Notes: a model not told the origin generated them from the sequence alone. 64,000 nt of DNA from an uncultured candidate division WWE3 bacterium (GCA_938004185.1 CALKWN010000065.1:633943-697942), one strand, 5' to 3'; numbered from the stretch's first letter, positions 36,973 to 45,984 are shown. Numbers and translations: made by a program.

Positions 36973-38202
36973 GGGATGTCTGAGTTTTCTTAAAGCTTTT
37001 GCCTCTATTTGTCTGATTCTTTCTCGAGTAACTCCGAATTCTTTTCCGACCTCCTCAAGTGTGCGGGTTCGGCCGTCTTTTAATCCGAACCTTAGTTCAA
37101 GCACTTTTCTTTCACGTGGATTTAAGGATTGCAACACTTCGTCTATGTGCCCTTTTAGCAACTCGCGGGAAGCGGCCTCAAAAGGGGACAAAGTAGTTTC
37201 ATCTTCGATAAATTCCTTGAGTCTCGTGTCTTCTTCTTTACCGACGGGGGTCTCAAGCGATGTAACATCCTGGGCGATTTTTACGATGTCGTGTGCTTTG
37301 TCGGGCTCTATTCCCATAACCTTGGCTACTTCTTCGGGGGTGGGCGTCCTTTCAAATTTTTGTTCAAGTTCACGTTCGATCTTTTTGTACTTGTGAATGG
37401 TCTCAACCATGTGAACCGGCACCCTTATTGTTTTTGCCTGATCGGCGATAGCACGTGTTATGGCCTGCCTTATCCACCAGGTAGCGTAAGTGGAAAATTT
37501 GAAACCTCTTCTCCAATCGAACTTTTCCACCGCCTTCATAAGGCCCATATTTCCTTCCTGAATAAGGTCGAGAAATTGTAGCCCCCTACCCATGTGTTTT
37601 TTTGCGATTGAAACAACAAGTCGGGTGTTTGCTTTGATAAGCATTTCGTGAGCCCTGTTACCTTCCCGATCGGTTACGTCGTGAGAAAGCTTTTCTACTT
37701 CTTTCAATTCCTTATCTTTAAGTCCCATTTCTCTGGCTATTTCCTTCGGGGTCGGTTTTTTACCGTTAAGTTTTTGCAACTCTTTCACGGTTTTTTTGTA
37801 TCTTATTACTTCGGCTTTTTTAGCTAAATCAACTTCTTCGGCAGATGTAAGTAGGCTGTAATTTCCGATCTCCCTTAAATACATTCTTACCGGGTCGGAG
37901 CTGACAGTTTTATCAAGTTTAATTTGTGAAAGGTCGATGTCCTCAAATTTACTTATTTTCTCAGCTTCTTTTTCTGAGGCAACATCAAATACGTCCACAC
38001 CTGAATCAACGAGTTTTTCGTAGAGAAAATCAAGAGTCTCAAGCTCTTCTTCGGCTTGGGGAAATAATTCCAAAATATTGTCCAAGGTCAGAAAACCTTG
38101 CTTTTTACCTTTAGTTACAAGTTTGGAAATGACAGCATCAGTTAAACCGCCCTTTCCTTTTTTATTTTTAGTATTTTCGGTCTCTTTAGATTTTTTTGCC
38201 AT
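36940..38202 (-). CDS. rpoD: RNA polymerase sigma factor RpoD (sigma70)
   Basis: Region 2 '[56 protein letters not shown]'. Region 4 '[30 protein letters not shown]'. Confidence 0.95.
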   Translation of the reverse strand: MAKKSKETENTKNKKGKGGLTDAVISKLVTKGKKQGFLTLDNILELFPQAEEELETLDFLYEKLVDSGVDVFDVASEKEAEKISKFEDIDLSQIKLDKTVSSDPVRMYLREIGNYSLLTSAEEVDLAKKAEVIRYKKTVKELQKLNGKKPTPKEIAREMGLKDKELKEVEKLSHDVTDREGNRAHEMLIKANTRLVVSIAKKHMGRGLQFLDLIQEGNMGLMKAVEKFDWRRGFKFSTYATWWIRQAITRAIADQAKTIRVPVHMVETIHKYKKIERELEQKFERTPTPEEVAKVMGIEPDKAHDIVKIAQDVTSLETPVGKEEDTRLKEFIEDETTLSPFEAASRELLKGHIDEVLQSLNPRERKVLELRFGLKDGRTRTLEEVGKEFGVTRERIRQIEAKALRKLRHPSRSKRLRDYL

Positions 38203-38233
38203 GTTATTAGATTATATACGGAAAATTAATACT

Positions 38234-40000
38234 TTAGAGAAAAGATTTTTTGAGTTTCTCAACTTTTTTTGTAAGTTTTAAAACCAGATCCCCATCTTTC
38301 TCCATTTCTGCGATCTTTATCTTCTCTGTAAGATCTTTAACCGCCCTTTTTGCGGAGTCTTTTTTGATTCTTTTAAATAAGCTTTCCAGCTCTCTTTCGA
38401 GCTGTTGAGTCGAATCAACCTCAATAATACCGTCAAAGTCCCAAATATAAAGTTCCGAGATATTGTCATGATAGGCTTCATCTGCCCTTTTTATGACTTG
38501 TTTGATGTTGAAAGATTTTTTGTCTTCTTTTAAATAGTCGACGAGCGACTTGAATATGTTAACCACTATGGGGTTTATAAAATCTTCAACGTCCATTTTA
38601 TACGCGTATTCTCGCATTGTGTCAATATCGGCCTTAAGTAAAAGGGCTATAAAGTAACCTTCCGGGTTGTCTCGTGAAAGTAACGGCAGCTTTTCGCTGT
38701 CTTCCTTGTAATTTTCATAAGAACCGGAGGGAACGCCGTTTTTAAACATCTCTATAACGGTTTCTTCCGAAAGATCCAGCTCGGTGGCTAATAATTTGGC
38801 GTAATGGTCAACTATAACAGGGTTTTTAATTTTTGAAAAAAGATCAGCAAGCGTCTCCAAAATAAGTTTCTTGCCCATTGCCGTATCTTTATTATTGGCT
38901 TTTATAGTGGTTGAAATGTAAAAGTCGTACACATCGACGGCGTCCTTTATTGCTTTTTTTGCCTTTTCAGGCTCTTTTTGAAGGATTTCGTCCAAATCTT
39001 TGTACGGGGAGGGTATCAGGGCAACTTTTATGTTAAAACCAAGCTTTTCAGCTATCTCTACCGCCCTGTATACTGCCGTAACACCGGCCGAATCGCTGTC
39101 CAAACAAAAGGTCAGGTCATTGGTGTAACGCTGCAGGATCTTGAACTGGGACTCTGCTAAAGCTGTTCCGGACGAAGCAATAACATTTTTTATACCGTGC
39201 TGGTATGCGCTTAAAACGTCCATCTGACCTTCAACAATGACTGCCCCCTGCTTTTTAATATCAATTTTGGCATTTACGAGATTGAATAAAAAAACGCTTT
39301 TATGAAAAACGGCGGTTTCTGCTGTATTTAGATACTTAGGCTCACGGTCAAATAAAGTTCTTCCGTTAAACCCCAAAATATTCCCATCGATTCCCTTGAA
39401 GGGAAAAACTACTCTTCCGCGGAATTTATCTATATAACCGCTACCCTTACTTCTTTCGTTAATAACACCGGCATCAAGCATTTCGTTTTCATGAATCCCC
39501 TGTTTTTTAAGAAATTTGTAAAGAGAGTCCCAGGTATCGGGAGCGTAACCTACCTGAAAAAAATCTATTGTGTCGTTTGTTAACTTCCTCTTTTGAGTAA
39601 GATACTCCATAGCCGGTTTTCCTTGAGGATGCTTGGTCAAAACGTAATGGTAGTATTTTGCTGAAAGGTTGTTAATTCTTTGAAGTTCTTTTCTTTTTGC
39701 CGATTCCGGATCGTAATCCTTCTTTTCTAGCACTACACCGGCCCTAGCTGCAAGCTGTTCTAAAGCTGCCGAAAACTCTACTCCCTCGATTTTTTCTACA
39801 AATTTAAAAATGTCTCCGGCTTCACCACAACCGAAACACTTAAATATTTGGAGCTCGGGAGAAACCATAAATGATGGGGTGTTTTCCGAATGGAAAGGAC
39901 ACACACCTTTGTAATTGCGTCCGGCTTTTTTTATCGTTACATATGAACCTACAAGGTCGACAATATCGATTTTTTGCTTGATTTCCGAAATCGTATCCAT
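38234..40000 (-). CDS. dnaG: DNA primase DnaG
   Basis: Zinc-binding 'CPFHSENTPSF...CFGCG', TOPRIM 'VIVEGQMDVLS', and position immediately upstream of rpoD. Confidence 0.9.
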   Translation of the reverse strand: MDTISEIKQKIDIVDLVGSYVTIKKAGRNYKGVCPFHSENTPSFMVSPELQIFKCFGCGEAGDIFKFVEKIEGVEFSAALEQLAARAGVVLEKKDYDPESAKRKELQRINNLSAKYYHYVLTKHPQGKPAMEYLTQKRKLTNDTIDFFQVGYAPDTWDSLYKFLKKQGIHENEMLDAGVINERSKGSGYIDKFRGRVVFPFKGIDGNILGFNGRTLFDREPKYLNTAETAVFHKSVFLFNLVNAKIDIKKQGAVIVEGQMDVLSAYQHGIKNVIASSGTALAESQFKILQRYTNDLTFCLDSDSAGVTAVYRAVEIAEKLGFNIKVALIPSPYKDLDEILQKEPEKAKKAIKDAVDVYDFYISTTIKANNKDTAMGKKLILETLADLFSKIKNPVIVDHYAKLLATELDLSEETVIEMFKNGVPSGSYENYKEDSEKLPLLSRDNPEGYFIALLLKADIDTMREYAYKMDVEDFINPIVVNIFKSLVDYLKEDKKSFNIKQVIKRADEAYHDNISELYIWDFDGIIEVDSTQQLERELESLFKRIKKDSAKRAVKDLTEKIKIAEMEKDGDLVLKLTKKVEKLKKSFL

Positions 40001-40075
40001 TGCTCTTTGTATAGCATACAGCAGATTAAATCACAAATAAAACCCAAAACGTGGGGGATCTGATGGAAATTTCTG

Positions 40076-40096
40076 GCGGAGGGAGAGGGGTTCGGT
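40076..40096. repeat. 21-nt copy of the tRNA-Ser(GGA) 3' end
   Basis: 'tggcggagggagaggggttcg' is identical to 40242-40262, the 3' terminus of the tRNA including CCA. It lies 166 bp away in direct orientation. Confidence 0.75.
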
Positions 40097-40203
40097 CACA
40101 TGTCTTTCGTTTGTAGCTCACCATGTTCGCAACATAAGAAAGCATTCGACCCCGCCTCAGTCGCCTTCGGCTCCTTCCGGCATTCTCACCCCACAACCAC
40201 ATC

Positions 40204-40240
40204 AAAAAAATACCCGGCAATAAATGCCGGTACTTTTTTG
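40204..40240. terminator. Bidirectional rho-independent terminator hairpin
   Basis: aaaaaaa-tacccggca-ataaa-tgccgggta-cttttttg. A 6-8-bp GC stem flanked by an A-run and a T-run. Sits directly 3' of tRNA-Ser on the minus strand. Confidence 0.5.
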
Positions 40241-40241
40241 A

Positions 40242-40331
40242 TGGCGGAGGGAGAGGGGTTCGAACCCTCGTGCCGCTTTCGCGACGCGTCGCTTTCCAGG
40301 CGAGCCGATTAGACCACTCTCGCATCCCTCC
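40242..40331 (-). tRNA. tRNA-Ser (anticodon GGA)
   Basis: Minus strand: GGAGGGA...TCGC-CTGGAAA-GCGA, long variable arm CGCGTCGCGAAAGCGGCACG, GAGGG-TTCGAAC-CCCTC, TCCCTCC-G-CCA. Confidence 0.8.
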
Positions 40332-40397
40332 ATAGCCGCAAGCAGTTATGATTTTAACATAAACACGAACTGTCCTAACCAAATTAGAAAGGCGGTT

Positions 40398-41477
40398 TTA
40401 AAGATACTTGTCGAGTTTTTTATTCCTAAGCTCGTTTTGAATATCTTTAATTTTGTCGGTTTTATCTTTGGGAACTATAAGCAAAGTATCGGCAGTATCA
40501 ACAACAACCATATCTTTTAAACCGAACACGGCAATAAGCTTTTCCGGATTATCGCTTTTTATTAGAGAACTCTTCGAATCCATGGCGATAACATTACCTT
40601 CTTTGTAAACCTGATCTTTGCGGGCAAAATATTCATAAAGTGAGTTCCATGTTCCTATGTCAACCCAATTGTAGTTAAGCTGGAGTATTAACGAATCCTT
40701 AAACAAGTGTCTGGTTACAATTTCGGTGGCCCCTGCCTCCATGTTTTGATATATAGCACCTATTCCATCAAAACTATTCGTCTCGCTCAAAACTTTTTTT
40801 ATTTCCATTAGTGCTGAGTACCAATCGGGTTTATATTTCTCGTAGGACTCGAGTAGCATGTTAGGGTACCAGCAATTATGGTTACTGTGTTTTACAACAT
40901 TAAAGTTTTCTATAAGTTCTTTTGTCTCGACGTAGTTTGAGCGGCGATCAACAAATTCTCTGGCCTCGTACACATCAACGCTTCCGTATGAACGAATTTT
41001 TTTACCGAGCTTAAGATAGTCAACCCCAAGATCGGGGTAAGTTACGGCAATTCCTCCGGAAATAAATTTTTTGTGTTCTTTTACCAGCTTTTCTGCTGTT
41101 TCTATTAACAACAGATAGTTATTTTCCGGAATTCTCACACAATCGGACTGAACTATCATAAACGGCTCACCAGGATATTTTATATCAGTAAAAACAACGG
41201 CAAGCCCGTCGGCGGGACCTCTGTTTTTAGCTGAATCAGGCTCAATGATGTAATTTTCTTCGGGTATCTCGGGAACCTGTTCCCGGGCAATTTCTAAGTA
41301 ACGCTCTTTAGTTGAAATAAGTATGTCTTCGGCACGGTACTTTCTTAAAAGAATTTTGATGTTGTAAGAAAAAAGGGATTCTCCGTTTAAAATTTTCTGA
41401 AATTGCTTGGGATTATTTTCTCTACTATATGGCCATAGTTTTGTGCCCTGGCCACCGGCACTGACAATAAATTTCAT
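40398..41477 (-). CDS. Sugar-phosphate nucleotidyltransferase (mannose-1-phosphate guanylyltransferase-like)
   Basis: N-terminal 'FIVSAGGQGTKLWPYSRENNPKQF' matches the NTP-transferase G-rich loop (xxAGGxGTRLWPLSR). Confidence 0.65.
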   Translation of the reverse strand: MKFIVSAGGQGTKLWPYSRENNPKQFQKILNGESLFSYNIKILLRKYRAEDILISTKERYLEIAREQVPEIPEENYIIEPDSAKNRGPADGLAVVFTDIKYPGEPFMIVQSDCVRIPENNYLLLIETAEKLVKEHKKFISGGIAVTYPDLGVDYLKLGKKIRSYGSVDVYEAREFVDRRSNYVETKELIENFNVVKHSNHNCWYPNMLLESYEKYKPDWYSALMEIKKVLSETNSFDGIGAIYQNMEAGATEIVTRHLFKDSLILQLNYNWVDIGTWNSLYEYFARKDQVYKEGNVIAMDSKSSLIKSDNPEKLIAVFGLKDMVVVDTADTLLIVPKDKTDKIKDIQNELRNKKLDKYL

Positions 41478-41504
41478 AATTCATTATACCAAGTCGCTTT
41501 AAAA

Positions 41505-42233
41505 CTATTCTCGGTTCATTGCCTTCTTTCTCAAACTCTGGGGCATTAATTCGATAGCATACCTCAAAGAAGTTCTAGGCATTTTCTTTTTGTTTTTCAA
41601 AACATATTTCAATACTTCGTCTCTGTGCTGACGGCTTTCTTCTTTAAGAAGCCAGCCGTAACCTTTTTGAACCATGTCTTCCTTGTCTTCCAATAAAATA
41701 TCCGAAATTTCAAAAGCGTCCTTAAGATACTTTCCTTTTTTGGCGGGAACTATAAGGCTGACCGCGGCCGCTCTTCTTAGCCATAAGTTTCTACTTTTAG
41801 CCCACGTTTTTAATCCTGCAATGTGTTTGGGAAATTTTTCTATAAATGCGCCGACGGCGTGGTTGCAAAAAGTGTCACACTCAGCCCAATTGTCTATATA
41901 CTTATCTATCCAACGCTCAAAAACTTTAAAATCCGCCTCTTCGTAAGTCGCGAACCAATAAGCCCAATTAGCCGCCACCCAAGACTCCTCACAATAACCA
42001 GATTTAAAAAGCTCCTCACAAACTTCATATATTTGTTTTTTGCTAAGGTTTCGAGAATCAGAAAAACCGACCTTCCCAACCTTTAAAACATCCGCAGACC
42101 TCACCCCGTGGCGTAAGACAGGGTTTTTAAAAAATCGTTGAAAACTTTTTTTAGACTCCGGCGTAGAAAATTTTTTAAGTTCTTTTCTAATGGAAAGGAC
42201 GGTTTCAGTAACATCATTTTTTTCTGAGGTCAT
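41505..42233 (-). CDS. DNA alkylation repair enzyme family protein (AlkD/AlkC-like HEAT repeats)
   Basis: 'SRNLWLRRAAAVSLIVPAKKGKYLKDAFEISDILLEDKEDMVQKGYGWLLKE' matches the conserved C-terminal core of the PF08713-type family. Confidence 0.65.
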   Translation of the reverse strand: MTSEKNDVTETVLSIRKELKKFSTPESKKSFQRFFKNPVLRHGVRSADVLKVGKVGFSDSRNLSKKQIYEVCEELFKSGYCEESWVAANWAYWFATYEEADFKVFERWIDKYIDNWAECDTFCNHAVGAFIEKFPKHIAGLKTWAKSRNLWLRRAAAVSLIVPAKKGKYLKDAFEISDILLEDKEDMVQKGYGWLLKEESRQHRDEVLKYVLKNKKKMPRTSLRYAIELMPQSLRKKAMNRE

Positions 42234-42275
42234 AAAAGGATTTTACTCCCGATATACCCGGGGACAAAATATGTA

Positions 42276-42960
42276 TAATGGGGTCATGAGCGCATTCTCT
42301 ATAAAGATTATTGCTCTGCTTACAATGGTTCTGGACCACACGGGAATTTTTCTGTTTCCTAATGTTTTTTGGCTGAGATCGGTCGGGCGCCTATCCTTCC
42401 CTCTTTTTGCCTGGCTTATTTCAAACGGCGCAAAACATACTAAAAACTTTAATGCTTATATTAGAAGGTTGTTTATTTTCGGCTTAGTATCCCAGATACC
42501 GTTTTTACTGGCCAACAGAACCGTGCAACCCGATTTTTCCGATCTGAATATAATGTTCACCCTGCTTACCGGACTTCTGGCTATAAAGGTATGGATTTCG
42601 GCCCTGGGAAAATCCAAAAAATATTTTTTAATCTTTTTGTTGGTGGCGGTTTCACACATAACAAAGATGGACTACGGGCCTGCAGGCGTCCTTTCAATTT
42701 TATTCTTTTATATTTTCTCGGAAAGCTCGTGGAAAATGTTACTATCTCAAGTCGTTGCATTTACATTGGTTTTTCCGTTGCAAGTGAGTTTGCGGGAAGG
42801 TCAAATTAATTTCTTTAATTTATTTCAAAGCCTGGCGCTTTTCTCGTTAATATTTATAGGACAGTATAATTTTAAACCTGGACCGAGAGTTAAGTATCTT
42901 TTTTACATTTTCTATCCCGTGCATTTTATTGTTTTTTATGTTTTGAGAATGCTTTATTAA
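42276..42960 (+). CDS. TraX-family membrane protein
   Basis: 'IKIIALLTMVLDHTGIFLF...VGRLSFPLFAWLISNGAKHTKNFNAYIRRLFIFGLVSQIPFLLAN' fits the TraX signature (DH..., GR.afP.Fa...G..hT.n). 7-8 TM helices. Confidence 0.6.
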
Positions 42961-43353
42961 AGAGTAGGGGGTTTGGGCGAATTTAATTTATTTCCCGGGT
43001 TTGTTTCCAATTAAAACCAGCAAAAGCACAATAACAGCAAAAAGTCCAAACCCGACATAAAAAAGAAGAAGTGAGTCATTCATAATGATATTCTCTCAAA
43101 TTTTAATGAAATCCACCACGACGATAGGGTCATTAAAATACCCAGTAAAATCAATGGTGCTTCGGGAGTACTTACCAAGGGAGCCAGTACTAAAGTACTT
43201 AGTAAGATCTGCCCCGCATTATCAAAAATGTTAGAGAACCTTTTCAACTGAGGTTTTGTAAATAAATCCACACCACTATAGTAGAGGGATTTTTACAGAG
43301 GGAAAGACGTTTGAGTCTAATAAAAATAGATATTTAACCGTACTACTTTTCAC

Positions 43354-43444
43354 TGGCGGAGGGAGTGGGATTCGAACCCACGTGTGAGTTGCCCCACGCT
43401 TGGTTTTCGAGACCAGCCCGGTATGACCGCTTCGGTATCCCTCC
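43354..43444 (-). tRNA. tRNA-Ser (anticodon CGA)
   Basis: Minus strand: GGAGGGA...TGGT-CTCGAAA-ACCA, long variable arm, TGGG-TTCGAAT-CCCA, CTCCCTCC-G-CCA. Confidence 0.8.
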
Positions 43445-43496
43445 GAGTCGAGTAAAGTATACAACATTGGTATTATAATGGCATCCGCTCATAAAT

Positions 43497-43805
43497 ATGG
43501 AAAAAGGCAATTTTAAAGAAAACGTACTCTGTGAGGTTAGAAAAATCCCAAAAGGCTTCGTAGCAAGTTATGGTCGCATTGCTTTACTGGCGGGAAACCC
43601 CCGTGGAGCCAGAGAAGTTGGGTGGATTCTTAGTAGAAATGGAAACGACGGAATTACTCCGTGGTGGAGAGTCATAAATTCGAAGGGGTACGTAAGTATC
43701 AAAAACCCCGAAATTGCGGCCTCAGAACAAAAACAATTGTTGGAAATAGAAGAAGTGGGGGTGTCTGAAGATTTTTCATTGAAAGAGCCTATTCCTTGGT
43801 ACTAG
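43497..43805 (+). CDS. Alkyltransferase-like (ATL) protein - MGMT DNA-binding domain lacking the catalytic Cys
   Basis: 'YGRIALLAGNPRGAREVGWILSRNG...ITPWWRVINSKGYVS'. The MGMT helix-turn-helix and Asn hinge are conserved, but the PCHR active site reads PWWR (Cys replaced by Trp), as in ATL proteins. Confidence 0.65.
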   Translation: MEKGNFKENVLCEVRKIPKGFVASYGRIALLAGNPRGAREVGWILSRNGNDGITPWWRVINSKGYVSIKNPEIAASEQKQLLEIEEVGVSEDFSLKEPIPWY

Positions 43806-43814
43806 ACGCTTACC

Positions 43815-43834
43815 TTGGTGGACCGTAGCGGAAT
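43815..43834. repeat. 20-nt copy of the tRNA-Ala 3' end (plus 1 nt of flank)
   Basis: 'ttggtggaccgtagcggaat' is identical to 43968-43987. It lies 153 bp from the tRNA in direct orientation. Confidence 0.75.
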
Positions 43835-43968
43835 AAGAGCTTGCTCGTTCGTTACACTCACTGCGCTTCCTCATACATCCGTCTGCGACGGATGAAGAAC
43901 CACAAAGTAGTTTGACGCGTTAGATCACACAAACAATCGGCTGCTGCCTTTGGCAACATCCGCTTGTT

Positions 43969-44044
43969 TGGTGGACCGTAGCGGAATCGAACCGCTGATC
44001 TCCGCAATGCGAATGCGGCGCTCTACCAACTGAGCTAACGGCCC
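43969..44044 (-). tRNA. tRNA-Ala (anticodon CGC)
   Basis: Minus strand: GGGCCGT (G3:U70 pair present)...CCGCA-TTCGCAT-TGCGG...GCGG-TTCGATT-CCGC-ACGGTCC-A-CCA. Confidence 0.85.
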
Positions 44045-44076
44045 CCAAAAAACATTATACCTACAGCTTACTTTAA

Positions 44077-44108
44077 CCGAAATTCACTGGCGCACCCGGA
44101 GGGACTCG
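44077..44108. repeat. 32-nt copy of the tRNA-Arg 3' end plus 11 nt of 3' flank
   Basis: 'ccgaaattcactggcgcacccggagggactcg' is identical to 44223-44254. It lies 146 bp away in direct orientation. The intervening segment is unusually GC-rich. Confidence 0.75.
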
Positions 44109-44233
44109 CCTTCCGGTTCGCAACTGCTGTTGCGACCTGCAGGCCGGGCTCGGCGCCGTCGCGCCTGCGCCATTCGAGTCTTCAAGTACACAAAGTAAAT
44201 TTCGTAAGTACCTTCGGCACTTCCGAAATTCAC

Positions 44234-44311
44234 TGGCGCACCCGGAGGGACTCGAACCCCCGACTTCAGCGTCCGCAACGCTGCGTTCTATCCTCTGAAC
44301 TACGGGTGCAC
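44234..44311 (-). tRNA. tRNA-Arg (anticodon GCG)
   Basis: Minus strand: GTGCACC...CAGCG-TTGCGGA-CGCTG...GGGGG-TTCGAGT-CCCTC-CGGGTGCG-CCA. Confidence 0.75.
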
Positions 44312-44360
44312 GGAACAACGGGCACACCGAAATACAAACATGAAAGTACCGGCAGGGTGA

Positions 44361-44942
44361 TTATATATTAAATTTGCCTTTTACGTCCTCGAATATCTTG
44401 TCCAGAAAAGACATGGGTTCCACAGACAAGAAGTCTAGATGCTTATTTAAAGCCTGAATTATTCTGTCCCTATCTTCCGGTTTGTAACTGAAAAAAAGTC
44501 GGCCGGGAAGGTAATTGTGCGTATCTACGACAAGGATCTCACCGCCGGCGACCTGCTTAAAAAAGAATCTTCTTAAGGCGTGCCAATAATACATGGTTTC
44601 GCCATATTTAATACCGTGATTTGAAACCTGAATGTGAACAGAGTGCTCAGGCAATCTGTTTAAAGAAATTACAAAAAATATCAAACTTCCCACTACTAAT
44701 ATAAGCCAGAACTCCTCCATAACAATTAACAAAAGTGCAATAAATATCGCGATAATAATAAAGGTTCTGGAAAATCTTTTGTTTAAATCCCTGATCTCAG
44801 CTTTAACTATAGAATCCCATTCCAAATACATTTCCTTCGGTCCTAAAGTTTGCGGATCGAATTCCTCGGTTCTCTGACCTTCCGAAGGCTTTTGATTAGA
44901 CAAGCCGAATATTCCAAGTATTTTTGATAATGACGGTTGCAT
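44361..44942 (-). CDS. Membrane protein, unknown function
   Basis: 193 aa. Central pair of TM helices. Confidence 0.35.
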   Translation of the reverse strand: MQPSLSKILGIFGLSNQKPSEGQRTEEFDPQTLGPKEMYLEWDSIVKAEIRDLNKRFSRTFIIIAIFIALLLIVMEEFWLILVVGSLIFFVISLNRLPEHSVHIQVSNHGIKYGETMYYWHALRRFFFKQVAGGEILVVDTHNYLPGRLFFSYKPEDRDRIIQALNKHLDFLSVEPMSFLDKIFEDVKGKFNI

Positions 44943-45020
44943 GTTTTAATAATAGTTTTTTTGGGCGGGTTTAGCAACGTTGTATGAAATACGCGCTACA
45001 TTTTGCACGAGGATTGTATT

Positions 45021-45107
45021 TGGCGGAGGGTACAGGATTCGAACCTGTGGCCGGTATTAGCCGGCACGGCTTAGCAAGCCGCTGCATTACCGCTCTGCCA
45101 ACCCTCC
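45021..45107 (-). tRNA. tRNA-Ser (anticodon GCT)
   Basis: Minus strand: GGAGGGT-T-GGCAGAGCGGTAATGC...GCGGC-TTGCTAA-GCCGT, long variable arm, CAGG-TTCGAAT-CCTG, TACCCTCC-G-CCA. Confidence 0.8.
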
Positions 45108-45124
45108 GCGGCTAATGTATTATA

Positions 45125-45829
45125 TCAGAACAACGGTGCACGAATCTTTAAACGTTTGCTTAAAGCGAAACACTGCACATTATCAACCCCCGCTTCGTAC
45201 AAAGCTCTCGAGCACTCGAGAAATGTGGCGCCCGTAGTGCATATATCGTCAACTAACAATATTTTTTTGTTTTCCAGCGATGACTTGTTATTAACACCAA
45301 AAGCCCCTGCCAAATTACTTCTTCGATCAATCCTTCCTTTTGAGTGCTGAGCCTCCGTACTCCTTGTTCTGACAAGAATATCCTTTCTCAAATTTAGGTT
45401 CATTACGCGCGATATTTCTTCCGCGACCATGTTGGCCTGATTGAAACCGCGTGTTTGAAGTTTTTTGGGACTGGATGGAACGGGTAAGCACAAATCCACC
45501 CCGAACTTGCCCCACAATTCAAGACAAATTATTGCGGCTTCAGTACATAATTTTTTGAGGCTCATAAATTGTTTTGCCCCATATTTTGAGAATTTAATAC
45601 AATCACGTACTTTGTCGGCATAGGAATAAATACAAATGGTTCGAGATGGGATTTCATGGTTTTGACAAAAATTGTGAGTACAGCCGTTTTCAGACGGCTT
45701 GTCACAAACTATACAATACTGGTTTTCTAGTAAAGAACATTCGGCGAGACATGTTTCACAAAATATATCGCCTATTTTTCCACAAAAAAGACATTTTGGG
45801 GGGAATAAGTATTTTAAAATGTTTTCCAT
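45125..45829 (-). CDS. comFC: ComF-family protein (double zinc ribbon plus phosphoribosyltransferase domain)
   Basis: N-terminal 'CLFCGKIGDIFCETCLAEC...CIVCDKPS' and C-terminal PRTase motif 'KILLVDDICTTGATF'. Confidence 0.75.
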   Translation of the reverse strand: MENILKYLFPPKCLFCGKIGDIFCETCLAECSLLENQYCIVCDKPSENGCTHNFCQNHEIPSRTICIYSYADKVRDCIKFSKYGAKQFMSLKKLCTEAAIICLELWGKFGVDLCLPVPSSPKKLQTRGFNQANMVAEEISRVMNLNLRKDILVRTRSTEAQHSKGRIDRRSNLAGAFGVNNKSSLENKKILLVDDICTTGATFLECSRALYEAGVDNVQCFALSKRLKIRAPLF

Positions 45830-45984
45830 ATGTTATCCACAATCCTGTTTTAATCGTTACTACAACAATATTAAATAAGTAGCCCTATAGTTTTAGATAA
45901 ACGGTGCCCTGTAGTAATAGTAGGGTTTGGCGTATTTTTGTATAGAGTCGGTTTTCTAGGGAAATTAGGAATATTAAAATTTCA

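Noticed and set aside
40026-40382. 118-aa minus-strand ORF (and a 70-aa plus-strand ORF) rich in Arg/Gly/Pro
   Set aside because: It spans tRNA-Ser(GGA), its 3'-end repeat and a terminator hairpin. The composition reflects GC-rich tRNA sequence, and there is no RBS or start context.
44073-44327. Two overlapping Arg/Ala-rich minus-strand ORFs (84 and 64 aa)
   Set aside because: They cover tRNA-Arg(GCG), the duplicated 3'-end repeat and the GC-rich insert. This is a compositional artefact.
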